Origin: Flectonema sp. DT1601 | Lineage: Eukaryota | DNA length: 64,000 nucleotides | NCBI GenBank assembly: GCA_964019425.1 | Contig: OZ025792.1 | Span: 744,001-808,000 of the forward strand | Direction of reading: 5' to 3' | Shown here: in pieces, positions 46,143 through 59,383 of the stretch | Layout: every line of letters starts with the position of its first letter | Numbering within the stretch: the first letter of the stretch is position 1 | Translations under genes and position numbers: made by a program | Notes under the pieces: generated by a model | What the model was told of the DNA's origin: nothing | Seen by the model: only the letters and a program-made list of their open reading frames with translations | The model's database searches: none

Positions 46143-46477
46143 ACGAAAAGATTCTACTCCTCACTGGCAGTAATGAAAAGCTCAAGAAAGACGATTCCAG
46201 CTCTGAAGAAATAGCCGCACTCGTCGTTAAGGTGGGCAGCAATTAAAGAGATAGAACTCAGCTGATCAAAAGCAAAATATAATTGTTTGCCCGTCCTGAC
46301 GACTCCGATAGACATTAAGAAATCAGTTCTATTGAAATAGACAATAAACTGGAATGCAGTCCCGAACTTACTAACGAACCTACCCACTAAATGGAGCAGA
46401 AGATTTGTGTTTTATTAACTTTTTTTTTTTATCTTTGATTCAGTGCACTTCCTTATAACAAAACTCATATTCTAACT
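46143..46477 (+). mobile_element. Diverged 3' fragment of the Penelope-like element
   Basis: Aligns by eye to ~29000-29406, including the terminal AAACTCATATTCTAACT. The hammerhead region is deleted or degenerate. Confidence 0.8.
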
Positions 46478-46736
46478 TCAGTTATTTATTTGTGACAACT
46501 CCCGCCTACTAACCTTCAGTGAGTGCTGATCTGTTTTATTTTGTTACTATTTCTTAACTGCTGGTTTCTTTTATATAAAGTTTTCACAAATGTTGAATTA
46601 CCCGCCTTCTAACTCTGTACAGACTTCTCTCTTCATATGGAAGGTTGTTATTTTTAATTTTCACATTATTGAAGTCGTCTGAGTGTCGATGATGAATTTT
46701 TTTTTTTTTTTTTAAGGTACGAAAAATAACAAAAGA

Positions 46737-49700
46737 ATGGCTTCCAGTGTCAGTAGCTGGAATTCTAAAAAGGGGAGTCCAGTTCATTGCAGCATATTAC
46801 AAAGTATTGAAGGGACGAGTCCTCTAGGGGGACTTACTGCTGCAGTAGTAGATGGTGACAGAGTATGGGCAGCAACAGGTGAGAGCATCACATTAAGAAA
46901 TCAGCAGACTGGTGAAATTATTGAAACTATTCAGCCTCAAGAAGTAACTGACACTCCAATCACACACATGATTTCTTGTTGTGGATGTCTTTGGGCTGTT
47001 ACATCAAGCGGACAAGCACAGGTCTATACTATGCAAAATAAAAAACAAAGACACTCAATTATCATCAGTGACGAACCAGTCACGGGTGTTGCCGTCTTCG
47101 ATAGCACTGTTTACCTCACGACTACCAGCAGTTTGAAATTATATGATGGGTTCACAGGTATGAGTCGCTTTTTATATTATCTTAGGGATGGTTAAAACTA
47201 AAAAAAGTAATTAATTTACTCTTATCCAATCACACAGGTCAATGTACGAAGTGGTGGACAGTTCCTCGAGCAGCAACATCTGTTACAGTACTTTCACAAC
47301 AAGTAATTGTGACGGGACATTCAAACGGTCAATTGAGATATTGGGATTCAGACGGCAGCTTAATAAGAGAACACGAAGCTCACTCTGGTGATGTGACTGC
47401 ACTCTTACGAAAAGGACCGCCGTCCCCTTCTCTGATCAGCGGAGGATCAGATTCGATTATAAAAATTTGGGGAACTGATGGCAACTCCCCAACAGCTGAG
47501 CTCAGAGGACACAGCAGTGCTGTTAAAGGTTTGGTCGCTGTGTCGAGTTTCTTATTAGCATCGTGTAGCTTAGATGGTAGAATTGTATTGTGGGATCTGA
47601 AAGCACTAAAATCTGTTGGAGCTCTTGATCAACATGGATCACCACTAGTCGCTTTATCAGTTGCTCAATCTGTTGTGTCGAGTGTGTTATGGTCTTATGG
47701 ATCAGATCAGAGTTTAACTGTGTGGGGACTAAGACATGGATTACCTGAACAGTCTCACATTGATGAACTTACAGAAGCATTAACTCGTAAGGAACGACTA
47801 CTGAGAGCAGCTCATGAAGAACTTGAAAAAGTTGAGTCCACTGCTGCGGTATCTCAAAGAGAGCCTTCGACAAGTGCAAAAGGAATCCAAACAATGGATT
47901 GCACACCAACTCCACCAGTTCTTACTACCAGAAGCAGTCCGATAATCGCAACTTCTTCTGTGAAAATTCAACCTGTTGTTCCTGACTTTGTTAAGGCACT
48001 CGCATCTCTTTGTCAATTCGATCCTGCGATAGTTCAGCAAAAACCTACCACACCACTTGAACTACTGTCTCAGGGAAAACTTATTAATATTCCTCAAGAA
48101 TGGAGTGAGTACTCTGATTCTGTTCTTCATATCCAATCAAGTTTAAATGACAGATGGGATGCCTTACACATGTCTGAGAGTAATGGAGTCTCAGCAACAA
48201 CCGTATCGAGTGCTTCAAAGAAGATGTCTCAACAACTCCAACAATGTAATGAGAAGATCGCTCGCCTGACAACCTCAACAGTTTCTCACTTAAATAATAG
48301 AATAGAAGATTTAATGTTCCAACTTCACAATAAAGAAATCGAACTCAGAGACGCGTCATTGGCGAATGCAAAGTCAAAGAGCACCGAGGAATCGCTGACG
48401 ACTATCGCTCAACAGCGTAGAAATCAAATTGAGAAGATGACCAGCGTGCAGCAGCAGTTGACTGAAGACCTCTCCAGTCGTGATTATGAAATTCAAACTC
48501 TTCAGAGAAAGTTAAAAGAAGTCAGCGACATGAGTGATTGCAGTGCGGAGATTGAGTCTCTTCAAATGCAAAAGCAACTCGCTGAAGAAGAATCAAATAA
48601 ACTGCAATCAGAGAATGCCGAGCTGGTTGTACTTCTCGACAAGTACAGACAGCCATTATCTCGTACCATTGTTCACACAGCACCACAGCAAGCAGCTACT
48701 ACTACTGCTACTGAGACCTTTCAAGAAACCTTTCAGCGTCTGACTGATAATGGACAGCTCAGTGAGCTCAAGAGACGTCTTGGTTATGATGATATGGTTG
48801 CGGATCACTCAAGTGAGCTCCAACACCAAAAGCAACTTTCCAGAGATAGAGAAAGTGAATGGACAAGAGAGCGTCAACGACTGTTATCAGAATTGGAGAG
48901 GATGACTAGTACTTTGAACCAACCGAAACCATTCGATTTTAAGACAGCTTCTGAGGAAATAGTTGAAAGAGGTCTCGTCCAACAGCTAATGAAGATGGCG
49001 AATATCTCAACTGACACTACTCCAGACAGAACTGAAGAAGTCCAACACCTCAACTCTCAAATAGAATCTCTTGAGAAGACCATTCAAGAATCCAAATTCC
49101 ACCAACGTGATCTCATAGATAAAAATGATCTTCTTCAGGAATCGATCCGAACCATCGATGCAGAACTTGCTCTTGCGAAGGGCCACGCCACCAACATCAA
49201 CGAAAAGGATGAAACAATTAATTCAATGCAGGGGCGTATCTTAGGTAAGTTTTTGTTTTGTTTACTTTCCATTTGTAGTAGGTGAAAACGATTCCCTTTG
49301 TAAGGAAAATAAAAATAAACTCCAACAGGGTGGGAATCAGACGTGTTGTCTCTCAGAAGATCGCTGCCTACTTTGAAACAGGTTATGACTGACTTGACTT
49401 CTGTGGCGGAAATTGACTGCACTCCACTTGGTGATGTGATTCGACCATCGAGAGATGATGATGATGAGAAAGAGATAAACTTTGAGATCATTCAAGACAT
49501 TACATCACAGTTACGACTGGTGATCGCTTCTCTTAGAACTTTCAGAGAGTCGGAATCGAACATGAAGAATGATGTGGTTTCCCTTCACCAATTAGTAGAA
49601 GTAGAATTAAAAAGAATAGAACCATCAGCTGTACAATCTGATGTTACATCACCAGCTAGACTACAACACAAAAGATTAATCCACACGACTATCGCTAATA

Positions 49701-51536
49701 TGAGATTACTAATTCAATCATGGCACAGAGCTGAGGTTGACTTAAAAAGGAAATCCGATGATATCTCTGACAGTTTATCAGAAGCCAGACAACTATTAGC
49801 AGAACAGGAATCCGCATCAGAATTAGCTTCTCAATCTCAAGGAGGAGGTCTGAGACCAGGTACACCTAGCCATTCATCTAGATCATTACAGACTCCTTCA
49901 GTACACAGAGGGAATGAAGACTTACAATTATTAAGACAAGCATTAGAGAATAAGTCGAGGGAGTATTCCGCATTGCAGCAAGAAATCGCTGCAAATCGCC
50001 AACGCATGGAGGAAAAACACAAGAGAATATCTGCCCTTCAGGAACTAACAGAAGACCGCTCTCGGATGCTACAAGAAGAACGTCATAAGAGTTATCAACT
50101 ACAGAGAGAGGTGCAGTATTTGAAAAACAGAATCCGAAAGGAGAAGGCTCGGCCGGAAACGGAGGAGTTGGAAGATCGTTTAGCTGAGGCAGAAGAACGT
50201 CTCTCAAGTGAGAGAGATGAGAAAATAACGGCACTGCAACACAAACTTCAAGAAGTTGAGAAAATGCTCGAGACATCAGAAAAGCGTAACAGTCCAGACT
50301 TAAGTGAAAGAGTTCAGTGTTTGGAACAACAACTACGAGAAGCAAAAGAACAAGTTCAACTACAACAGGAATTGTTAGCTAGTCAAAGTGAGGACGCTGC
50401 GGAAGAACGCATTCTTGAGTACCAGGAAAAGATTTCTCTTCTCGAGTCTGACGTAGCAGACTTGGAAACGAGACTTCAGCAGTCGCTGTCGGATCACAGA
50501 AGTGCGGAAGCTCGTTGTTCTGAGTTAGAGAATGAAAACAGAGCCGTCAAAGATTCGATTCAAAAGAAATCAAGTCGCCCTCCTCCATCTCCTCAGAGGG
50601 ATACTACTCGACGTAATTCTGATGGAAAGCCGTGGCTGTCACCACCTGTTGAAAAACCGACAACACCAGTTGTTAGCAAACAATCACAACTGTCAGCAGC
50701 TATCACAGCTTCCCCTCCAGATCCGAGACCTGACTTGACTGTTCAGAGAGCTCAGATATCAAATTCAAAATTAGATCAGAACTCGTATTCGAATCAACAC
50801 ACTCGATCTGCTAGTGGAAGTGGTAACAGTTCGACTAGTAGAGTTTCTTATGAACAGCAACGGGGTAGATCAGGAATGCAAGCACCACCTCCACAGTACT
50901 CATTTCCTCCACAAACTCAAACAGAACCAACAAATACAACTCGCGCAATGTCTCCTGTAGAACAAAGGAGAATAAAAGCAGGTCTTATGAAAGAACATAA
51001 TGTGAATATTCCTTATACTAATAATGTAGTTAGGAAGGCTTCTCCTTCTAATATTAGTACCGTGTCTACCCAACAGCCGACACCAATCCCAACAACTCCC
51101 ATCATCGTTGCGGCCATTCCATCTCCTGAACGTTCTGATTTAAAACCAACGCTCAGAAGGTATGTGATGACTGGAGTCTTATCAAAACCTTTCTTTCAAT
51201 TATTTATAATCAAATCCTTGGTTGTAATAAAATCAATCAAAATTGTTGCCTTCCTTACTTAATAACAAAATAACAGGAAATCCGCACCCCTGTCCCCCTC
51301 AACAAATACCTCGTCGATATCAAGTTCTGCTTTAATGTTATCAAACGGATCGAGCCCTTCAGTATGTCATCATGATTAGAGTGTTTGTGGTGAGTGTTGA
51401 GAATTAATTAATCTATAAACTATAAAATAAAATCAAACAGTCACAGAAGCTCTCAGTCGATTACCGACAGCAGCAACGAAGACATTCATCTCAGTCTGCA
51501 GTAACCACATCCACCTACAGAAGGCAACGTCACTGA
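46737..51536 (+). CDS. WD40-repeat + long coiled-coil protein (multi-exon)
   Basis: Frame-consistent GT-AG introns 47158-47237, 49245-49328, 51160-51276 and 51362-51440. WD repeats (GHS...IKIW, LWD) are followed by E/Q/K-rich coiled coil and an S/P/T tail. The 3' exon structure is uncertain. Confidence 0.75.
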
Positions 51537-52007
51537 GACCTATCCTTTCGGTAATGTTGTTGTGTGGGGTTACAGTACTCTGTTGTTTATTAATATTTGA
51601 AATAGAACCTTCCGCAGATGTGGCAGAAGTACAGTTTTCGTTCTTCTGTCGGATAAAATATTTTTTTTCTCGTAGATTTTGTAAACTTTTTAAACTTGTT
51701 TCTGTGTTACTTTATTTAGATTAAAGTCGGAAAATCTTTTACACTCCCTCCACCGACACCCTTCCTGCTGTAGACTTCTCACCAATTGTTGTTTCTATAG
51801 ATGAGATTCACTTGTTCTTAATGATGATGGTGATGATTGTATTGACTTGCCGTGTTTTATTATTCTCCACAACACACAACAGGAAACATTATTCACTGAA
51901 AGGCAACTAATGAACTGATGAGTGAAATCTGAAGGAGGTGTCTTTTAGAATTACTTTTTATTTGTTCTCCCAGCCTCTCACAGAACTAAAATATGAAATA
52001 GCTTACA

Positions 52008-54472
52008 ATGAGGATGTTGGCACTGTGCCTCACATACTTGTTGGTGAATGCAGAGGTAATTCAATCTAATGAAAGACAGTTACGTAAGGGTGTGTTTAGT
52101 GGAAAGTGGAATGCAGAAGCTGGTGTTGACCTCTCTGTCTTTGATAGACTGCTACCGATTTCTGAATACGGCTACGATAACAGTTCTACAGAGAGAACTT
52201 CAATAGCTGGAAAACAAGAAGTGATGAATGTCAACCCTGGTTATATTCAACTCTATTTGACCCCCTCGAAGAACAACAGCCAACAACTAAAAGGAAAAGT
52301 TTTATTAGTTACCGGCAACAAGAACAAAGAATATCATATTCGAGGAGTAGTTTCTAATTCAAGCGATAAGATGGCTGTCATAATGATACCGACATCTCTA
52401 CAACATGTTGTTGTAAATAAATACATCGCTGAGTCGAGAATCGCGCATAGCTTTATAGACTCTTCTTATGCTGTAGAATTGTTTGGAAGGAATGAAACGA
52501 TGTGGTTGCAAACTCGAAATACAACAAATGAATTATTAACATTAAACTACACGATGCCGAATGAAACATCTGTCCGACAGAGTCCTCCAAAACGTCGAAA
52601 AGGAGAGAGACTTTGGGCTCAAACAAAAGCAGCTATTGATGGAGATGGTTGTGTTTGGTTTGCTGATTTCGATGTTAGAAATGAAACGAGGAAGATTCCA
52701 TATCATAAATCGAAATCTGAAACTTTTTATTTTCTCTCTGGTAGTCTAATCTCCCTGACCTGCAACACAACTTTATCAGTGATTTCTTCACAAGAATATG
52801 TTGTTGAGGAAACAGATGATTCTTTCAACTACCTCCTAGCAGGTCTTTGTGTTACCGTCATCCATGCCTGGGGTGTGTCGAGACAGATATCATACGCGAG
52901 AACGAGAAGTACTCTTTCTCGTATTAGTTGGATTACATTTCTAAATATCGGAACATTTGAATGGTCATTAGCAAGTTATCACTGGACTATACTTGATATA
53001 ATGCCAGCCTTAATGAGATTGGTTATGGCAATTAGTTTCTTTCATTTGATGGTTTTTCATTTCTGCGCCAGACACGCGTACGACAGTTTAGAATCTCAGA
53101 GATACCAATCGAGGATATGGTTGTTACCAACTCTTTCATTTCCAATAAACCTTTTATGGTGGTTGACTGAGAATCGTCTTTACGTTGGAGACTTCCCTCT
53201 TTGGATTCCGAGTCTCTTTATTGTTCATGCGGTATGGGTACCTCAGATATTTCACAGTGCAAAACATTCAGCAGTCAGACCTGTTACTATGCCCCTGTTG
53301 GCTACCACGTTGTTGTCGAGATGTTATTACAGTAGTTTTAGAGTAGCAGGTCAATCTGTTTTCACTCCATTCAAAAGTGAACCAGCAGTTTACTTCTCGC
53401 TGGTACTTTGGATGGTTGTTCAAACTGCTGTGGTTGTGGCTCAACAGGTGTTCGGACCGACATTCTTCATTCCTCAGAAAATGCTCTCTCCAGCATACGA
53501 CTATCACGGCCCTCTTCCTTCACAATATCGCATCGCTCCTTTTGAAGAACGTGAGCGTGGCACCGCCCGAAAGCGTGGAATGTCATCCAACGCTGTTGCT
53601 GATTTAGAAGCCGGTTTGGGGCCTCTCAGTAGTCCCTCTGTTCCAGCTGAGCCACTCGATTGCGTTATTTGTCAGGTGTGTACTTTTCTTACCATGGATC
53701 TCCTACAGGGAGACGTTAATAATCCTTCCTGTTGAAAATCCTACGAATTGTTTTCCAAATTCGTATTTCTTTTTGAATCAGAATTCTGTCTTTCTGAAGA
53801 CCACAAAACGTTATTTGAGATTTCTCCGCCGCCACAGACTCAGGTACACCAACCTTTCCAGCGTTCAAGTTGTTTGCCAGGCGTCGAAGGAACTTCAGAG
53901 CAAACCAATACCTCCCCGGCGTCCCTCGCCGACGCATGCATCAGCCTCCCCCCATCGATTCCAGCTGCCCGTCACCATACCAAGTCCACAGCCTCTAGCC
54001 TCCGCTTGATCTTCGACGAGACCTTCACTTCCGCCCCTTCATGATCGAAACCCACCCCCAAGAAGGCCTGCCGGCTTCCATGTCAGACAGAATTCATCAG
54101 CAGCCGCATCAAGATTCGGCGCTTCATGCCACTCGCATTTAACATTTCTTTTTGTTGATTTCTCTTATGTAAAATAGAAAAGATAAGACTGTTCAGATAA
54201 ACAAAACAACAAACAGACGAGTATTGACTCCGAAGTCAGCAGCAACTACATGCTGGCACCTTGTGAGCACGTATTCCACACTCACTGTTTACAGGAATGG
54301 ATGCTGGTGAAGTTAGAGTGTCCTGTCTGTAGGAGGTATGTTGTTGTTTATTAGTCGATGCGTTCTTGACGTCAGGAAAACAAATTTTCAAATTGAAAAT
54401 ACAAAAAAAAACAGAGCGCTCCCTGAAAGTCAAATGGAAAGCGCGGGATGGTCGATATTTGGACGAGTGTGA
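52008..54472 (+). CDS. Multi-pass transmembrane RING-H2 E3 ubiquitin ligase (Tul1/FLY1-like)
   Basis: Signal peptide, lumenal domain and TM block with WVPQI and GPTFFIP..YDYH. Introns 53676-54216 and 54336-54414 rebuild CVIC...PCEHVFHTHCL..W.....CPVCR. Confidence 0.85.
53820..54075 (-). mobile_element. Decayed RT C-terminal fragment of a TATE/DIRS-like retroelement within an intron
   Basis: GC-rich island in a 541-bp intron. Minus-strand peptides FLGVGFDH..EVKVSSK, GRLMHASA and YWFALKFLRRLANNLNAG, with stops and frameshifts. Confidence 0.5.
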
Positions 54473-54878
54473 TGTGACTCTTCACTCTGTTGGGAATTCA
54501 TCCGCACTGTTGATGTGAACAGTTGTTCCATATTATATTATCCGTTGCGTTGACAACGTTGAGCTTCCAAACAAACTAGTCAGAAGCTGTCTGGTGTAGT
54601 GAAGCAGCAGACATGAACCGTTTCGGGTACGAGACACGCACCTCGGCACCAAATCCTTGAATTGATGAGATGAGATGAGATGCCGGAAAAGGACGGATGT
54701 CATTCATCTCTTATTATAACTCATCCTCATCCCCCAATAGGTAGATGACGTTAATGAATGAACTGATGAGTTTGAAGTCCTCAATCTGTTGGGAGATCAG
54801 TTCTGCACACAAACAATATCACTGTTGAGATACAAGTCTATTTTTAACATCTTACCAGGGCAGAAAAATAATAATAAA

Positions 54879-56745
54879 ATGTCACAACAGGGGACTCCGG
54901 CCGCTGGCACTCCGCAGAGAAATGCAACGCCACAGAAAGTTGTAACGCCAAACAAGGCTGTCGGAACTCCGAAGGGTACTCCTACAGCAGCTCCACGGGG
55001 GAGTGTTACTGATAAGACAGCAACACCTCAACAAGGTAGTGCTCTGAAAGTGCAACAAAGTCCTGCGGCGGGTACACCAAGAGTGAGTCATCCTCAGACT
55101 ACACCAACAGGTAAGTCAGATATTACACAGCAAGTGAAGGAGAGCCCAGCTGGATCACCTGCTGCAGCAACACCCAAACCTGCTACTACTCAACAGGAGG
55201 ATCCGAACAAAAAACTGCAGCAGCTGCTTGAGGAGGAGGAAGCATTTGTTAATTCGAAAAAAGAAGAATTAGAAAAGCTACACAAAACTCTAACAGAAAC
55301 CAAAGACTCTGTTGATACTCTCACAGCGGAACTCTCCAGCAAGGCGAACACTCACGAGAATGAAATTTCAACTATTAAAGCACAAGACGAGGCGTTGACA
55401 CTTCAAATAAAGTCATCCATTGAACTGAGACAGTCTCAGCTAACTACGTCAACAGCAAACTTAAAGGTTAAAAGAGATGAAAAAACAGCACTTGACAACG
55501 AGCTGTTGCAGGTTCAAAAAAGACACAAATCTGACTGTGATGCCCGTGAGAAGTCTATTACAACTGCGAAGGATAAAACAGCTGCTGACTTCAAAGTGTT
55601 TTCGTCAGCAATCGAATCGCTTCGTTCTGATAAAGCGACTCGCCTGACTACTATCAAACAAATTCAGTCATCATATGCCACGGAGATCTCCGCTCTGAAA
55701 AAAGAACTTGCGGAGGGAAAGGACGCTGCCTCCAAGAAGCGTCGATCCCGCAAATCCGGGCCAACTCTTTCTGCCCCAGCCATTGCACTGACAGAGAAGC
55801 ATGAGGTTTGTGTGATGTTCATTTTAATATTCAAAGAATATCACATAAAGTACTTACACTAAAACAACAACAGGATGAGTTGGAAAAGAGAGATCAGGAA
55901 ATCAAACAACTTGAAGACCGCCTGAAGAAACGCACGGCCGTTTCTAAGAAATTGAAGTCTCAAATTGTATGTTTTCATCATCGGGAAAGTAATTCAAAAA
56001 CTCTCCTTCTTTACGATCAACACAAATAACACAACCAACACAATCACAGGAATCTTTATCCTTACAAGACGGAGTGACACAAGCAGACGTACTAAATGAA
56101 AGAAAGAATGCACTGAAATACCAAAAAGAGAAACACTGCAGAGCTATGGAGTATCTCAACACACAACTTGAAAACTTAAAAAAGGTCGAGGGGTGGAGTG
56201 AGGAACAGATGACAGAGCAAATGAAGAAAGAAATGGAGGAAACGGTCGCCAAGAGTAAGCAAACAGAAGAAAGTTGTAAGGATGATTTGATTGTTAATAA
56301 TTTTAAAGCGAAGATTGAATCGAAAACAACTTCAACAGAAACTGAGATGACTGAACTCAACAAACAAACTGAAGCCTTCCTCGAACGGAGTAAAACAGAA
56401 GCTACTTCCATCCCATTAGCAACTGATGGACTACAAGAAGTCATCGACTCTCTCAAGTCTGAAATTAAAAAGAGCGAAGAAACTCTGAAGTCAACAGAAG
56501 TTTCAATCAAACAAACCCAACGCGATATAAAAACGGCAACCGCAAAGTTGGTACTCGCGGATCCAAAAACACGTCACCACCTTGCTGCACCACCGAAAGG
56601 GTATGTTGGTTTTTTATTATTATTTTATTTTATTGTCAGTTACGTCGATTTCTGAAGTATGAAATAACAATCCAACAACAGCAAAGTAAAACGCACTCGC
56701 TCCCCTTCACCAGAATCGAAGACAAAGAGAAAGGGAAAACATTAG
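54879..56745 (+). CDS. Coiled-coil protein with TP-rich N-terminus and basic C-terminus (multi-exon)
   Basis: Frame-consistent introns 55806-55873, 55967-56049 and 56601-56681. Confidence 0.75.
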
Positions 56746-57294
56746 TCACTCAGCTGTTATGTAAGATGGTCAGCTAAATCGACAGTTTTTTTCTTCTTTT
56801 TTTTTTCTTTTTCTTTTACTGTTTTAATCCTTCTGTTAAGGTTCTAAAGTAGTTAACACACTTTACTTTTGATGAATTGTTTTTATATTTTCAGGTCATG
56901 AATATAAAAGAAACAAGTTGCAACTCATGCTTTTTTTTTTTTTTTTTTTTTGTATCCTTTTTTTTACAATAAGTTCTCTTTTTTATTATTTTTGTCCTTG
57001 TTGGGTATCCTCAGCAAGGCGTCAATTAGAACCCTTTCACTGCCTGTGTAGTCTGGTTTAGTGAAGCTGTGTGACGCTCTCCTACACACACAGGCAATTC
57101 CCTTAGTTAGACCACTAGTAGAAAAAAAAAAGAAAAAGAAAAAAGAAAATTAAATAACTAAAGTTAACTTGCCTACACTGGCAGGTCACCACTGTTTGGA
57201 CTGTACGGATGGATTGAGGTGAGAGTGTTAATGATCTTTTTATTTTATTATTCAGATTGTAACCTTGCATTAAAAAAAAGAATAAAAAAAAAAA

Positions 57295-58670
57295 ATGTCG
57301 CAGCTCGACACTCGTGTGCCCCTCGGTGAGGTAAGTGCCAATGGGCTCACTCCAAACACTAAAGCCAAGCACAACGTATGTATTGCTGTGAGGGAAGTGT
57401 TCGTTCTTTTCGAAATTTTCAATTCACATCAATCTGATGACGGTGAGAAACAACAATAAACAATACAGGAAAATATCCGTGAACAACTCCACGAGAGAGC
57501 CATGCGTATGAAGCAAGAGCACCAGGTATGGGAGCTCTATTTAAGTATCCCTTCTCGTTATTATTCACAAATCTATTTCATATAAAACAGAAGCTCAAGC
57601 CAGCTCAAGCCAAGCCAGTCGAACCAACGGCGAGAGTGATTCCTCAGGTTCCTTCGATAGCTGAACTTCCAAAAGCAGCTCCAGTGAAGGAAGTGAAGAA
57701 AGCGGTAGTCCCAGTTGTGGCTCCCGTCGTACCAGTGGCCGCAAAGAAGGTGGTGGAACAGAAGGCACCTGTCCCACAACCAAAGCCAGTAGAAAGACCT
57801 GTCGAGAAGAAGCTTGTTGTACCTGCACCACAATTGCAACAGCCAGCTCTCAGAGGAGACGAGGTGGATGCACCAACGTACAAACCAGCTGCTGCGGCAG
57901 TTGTTGAGCAAAAGGTGAAGAATGACCCTCCTGCAACTATTGAAGTTCCGCAGAAAGTTGTAGCCCCAGGTATCACTCCTCCAAACGTTCCTCCTGCAAA
58001 CCCAAAACCAGAAGCCAGGGAACAGAAGCCACGGAGAGTACTCGATGGTCAGGACGGTATCACCCAAGCCTGTCTCCTCCCTCCAAAGCGTGAGAAGAAA
58101 AGAGGAGCTGTTCCACCTCCAAATTTGGGAGGCGAAGCTCCAGCTGCTTCCAGAACTGAGAAACCAAGAGCAAAGCCAGTCGTCAGTAAGTTCGCTGAAA
58201 GACCAGCTGTTCCTTCATTAAATATTAGAAGAGAACCAGAAGTTACGAGAAGGGAAGATGTCCCACTTGCGAGAATGTTGGAAAGAGAGCGCGAGAGGTA
58301 CGCCCCTCAGAGAGATTTGCCAAACTACCGCGACCTGAGAATGGGTGGCCCTGAAATGCCACTTCCTCGTGGGCTTCCAGCACCTGACAGACACATGCCT
58401 GCCCCTGAAAGACGTCATCCGGGTGCTGGATTGGCAGCTCCTGATTTGGAGAGACTGAGATATGGACAGCCACCAGCGGCAGACATGCTTCACAGACCGT
58501 TTGGTGCTAATCCAAGAGACCTTCACGTTCCTGGTGGAATGCCACACTTTCCACCTGCATCTCACCTTCCTGGATTCCCTCCAGTTGGAGCTGGCTTACC
58601 GCGTGGTGGTCCTCTTCTTGATGATGCTGCACTTGCCAGACGTATTGCCATGGAGGAGTACAGCTGGTAA
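57295..58670 (+). CDS. Pro/Ala/Val-rich low-complexity protein with UIM-like C-terminus (multi-exon)
   Basis: Frame-consistent introns 57376-57468 and 57526-57590. Ends DDAALARRIAMEEYSW. Confidence 0.7.
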
Positions 58671-59383
58671 ACATCGTCGTGTTCGAATGTTTTGTTCTAT
58701 TGCTGTCGCCTGTACTATTATTTTAATTAGAAGTAATTCCGTAAAGAAATCAAAATATCATATTTAGTTGAAAAGAGTCCTTGGCTCGTTTCTCTTTTGA
58801 TCCAAGTCCGTTACGTCTTTACTGAATACTTGCAATGAGTTGGCTGTTAGAAAAAAGAAAATGAGCCACTAGTCGAATAAAGAGGAAAGAAAGACCTCTT
58901 TAGAAAAGAAAAAAAACAACAGAAAATTACTGCCCCTCACTTAGATTCATTTCCTCCACTCGGGTAATTATAAGGCTCATTATGACGGCCGATTTACCTT
59001 GTTCCCGCTAAGGGTTTCTTGTTGCATCTCCTCCCTGTTTTACCAGTTAGAAAGTTCTTCGTAGAAAATTAAAGAAAAAAAGTAAAAAAACAAAATAAAA
59101 AAACTAAAAAGCAATCCTTCCTTGTCAAATCGTTGAAACAATCAGCTAGACGCTGATGCTCCATATCTGTCGTACGAAGCTGAGGAAGAATTAGTTTACT
59201 TTACTGTCATAGTAAATAATAAATATGAGAACGTTGAGGTGTAATAATATAGACTAGTCGTCTGGTTGTTAATTATAAAGTTACTTTAGAAGAATTACTT
59301 CATCTGTTCCCTTTCAACAGTCTCCACCACACTCCACTGATAATAACGAGTAACAGATTTATAAATAAAAGAGATGGAATAAA

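Noticed and set aside
51909..54780. CTGATGA at 51915 and 54763 as further hammerheads
   Set aside because: No stem II/GAAA/stem III arrangement could be built.
57041..57112. Hairpin TGCCTGTGT/ACACAGGCA as an H/ACA-like snoRNA
   Set aside because: Only a 9-bp stem, and no guide target can be verified without a search.
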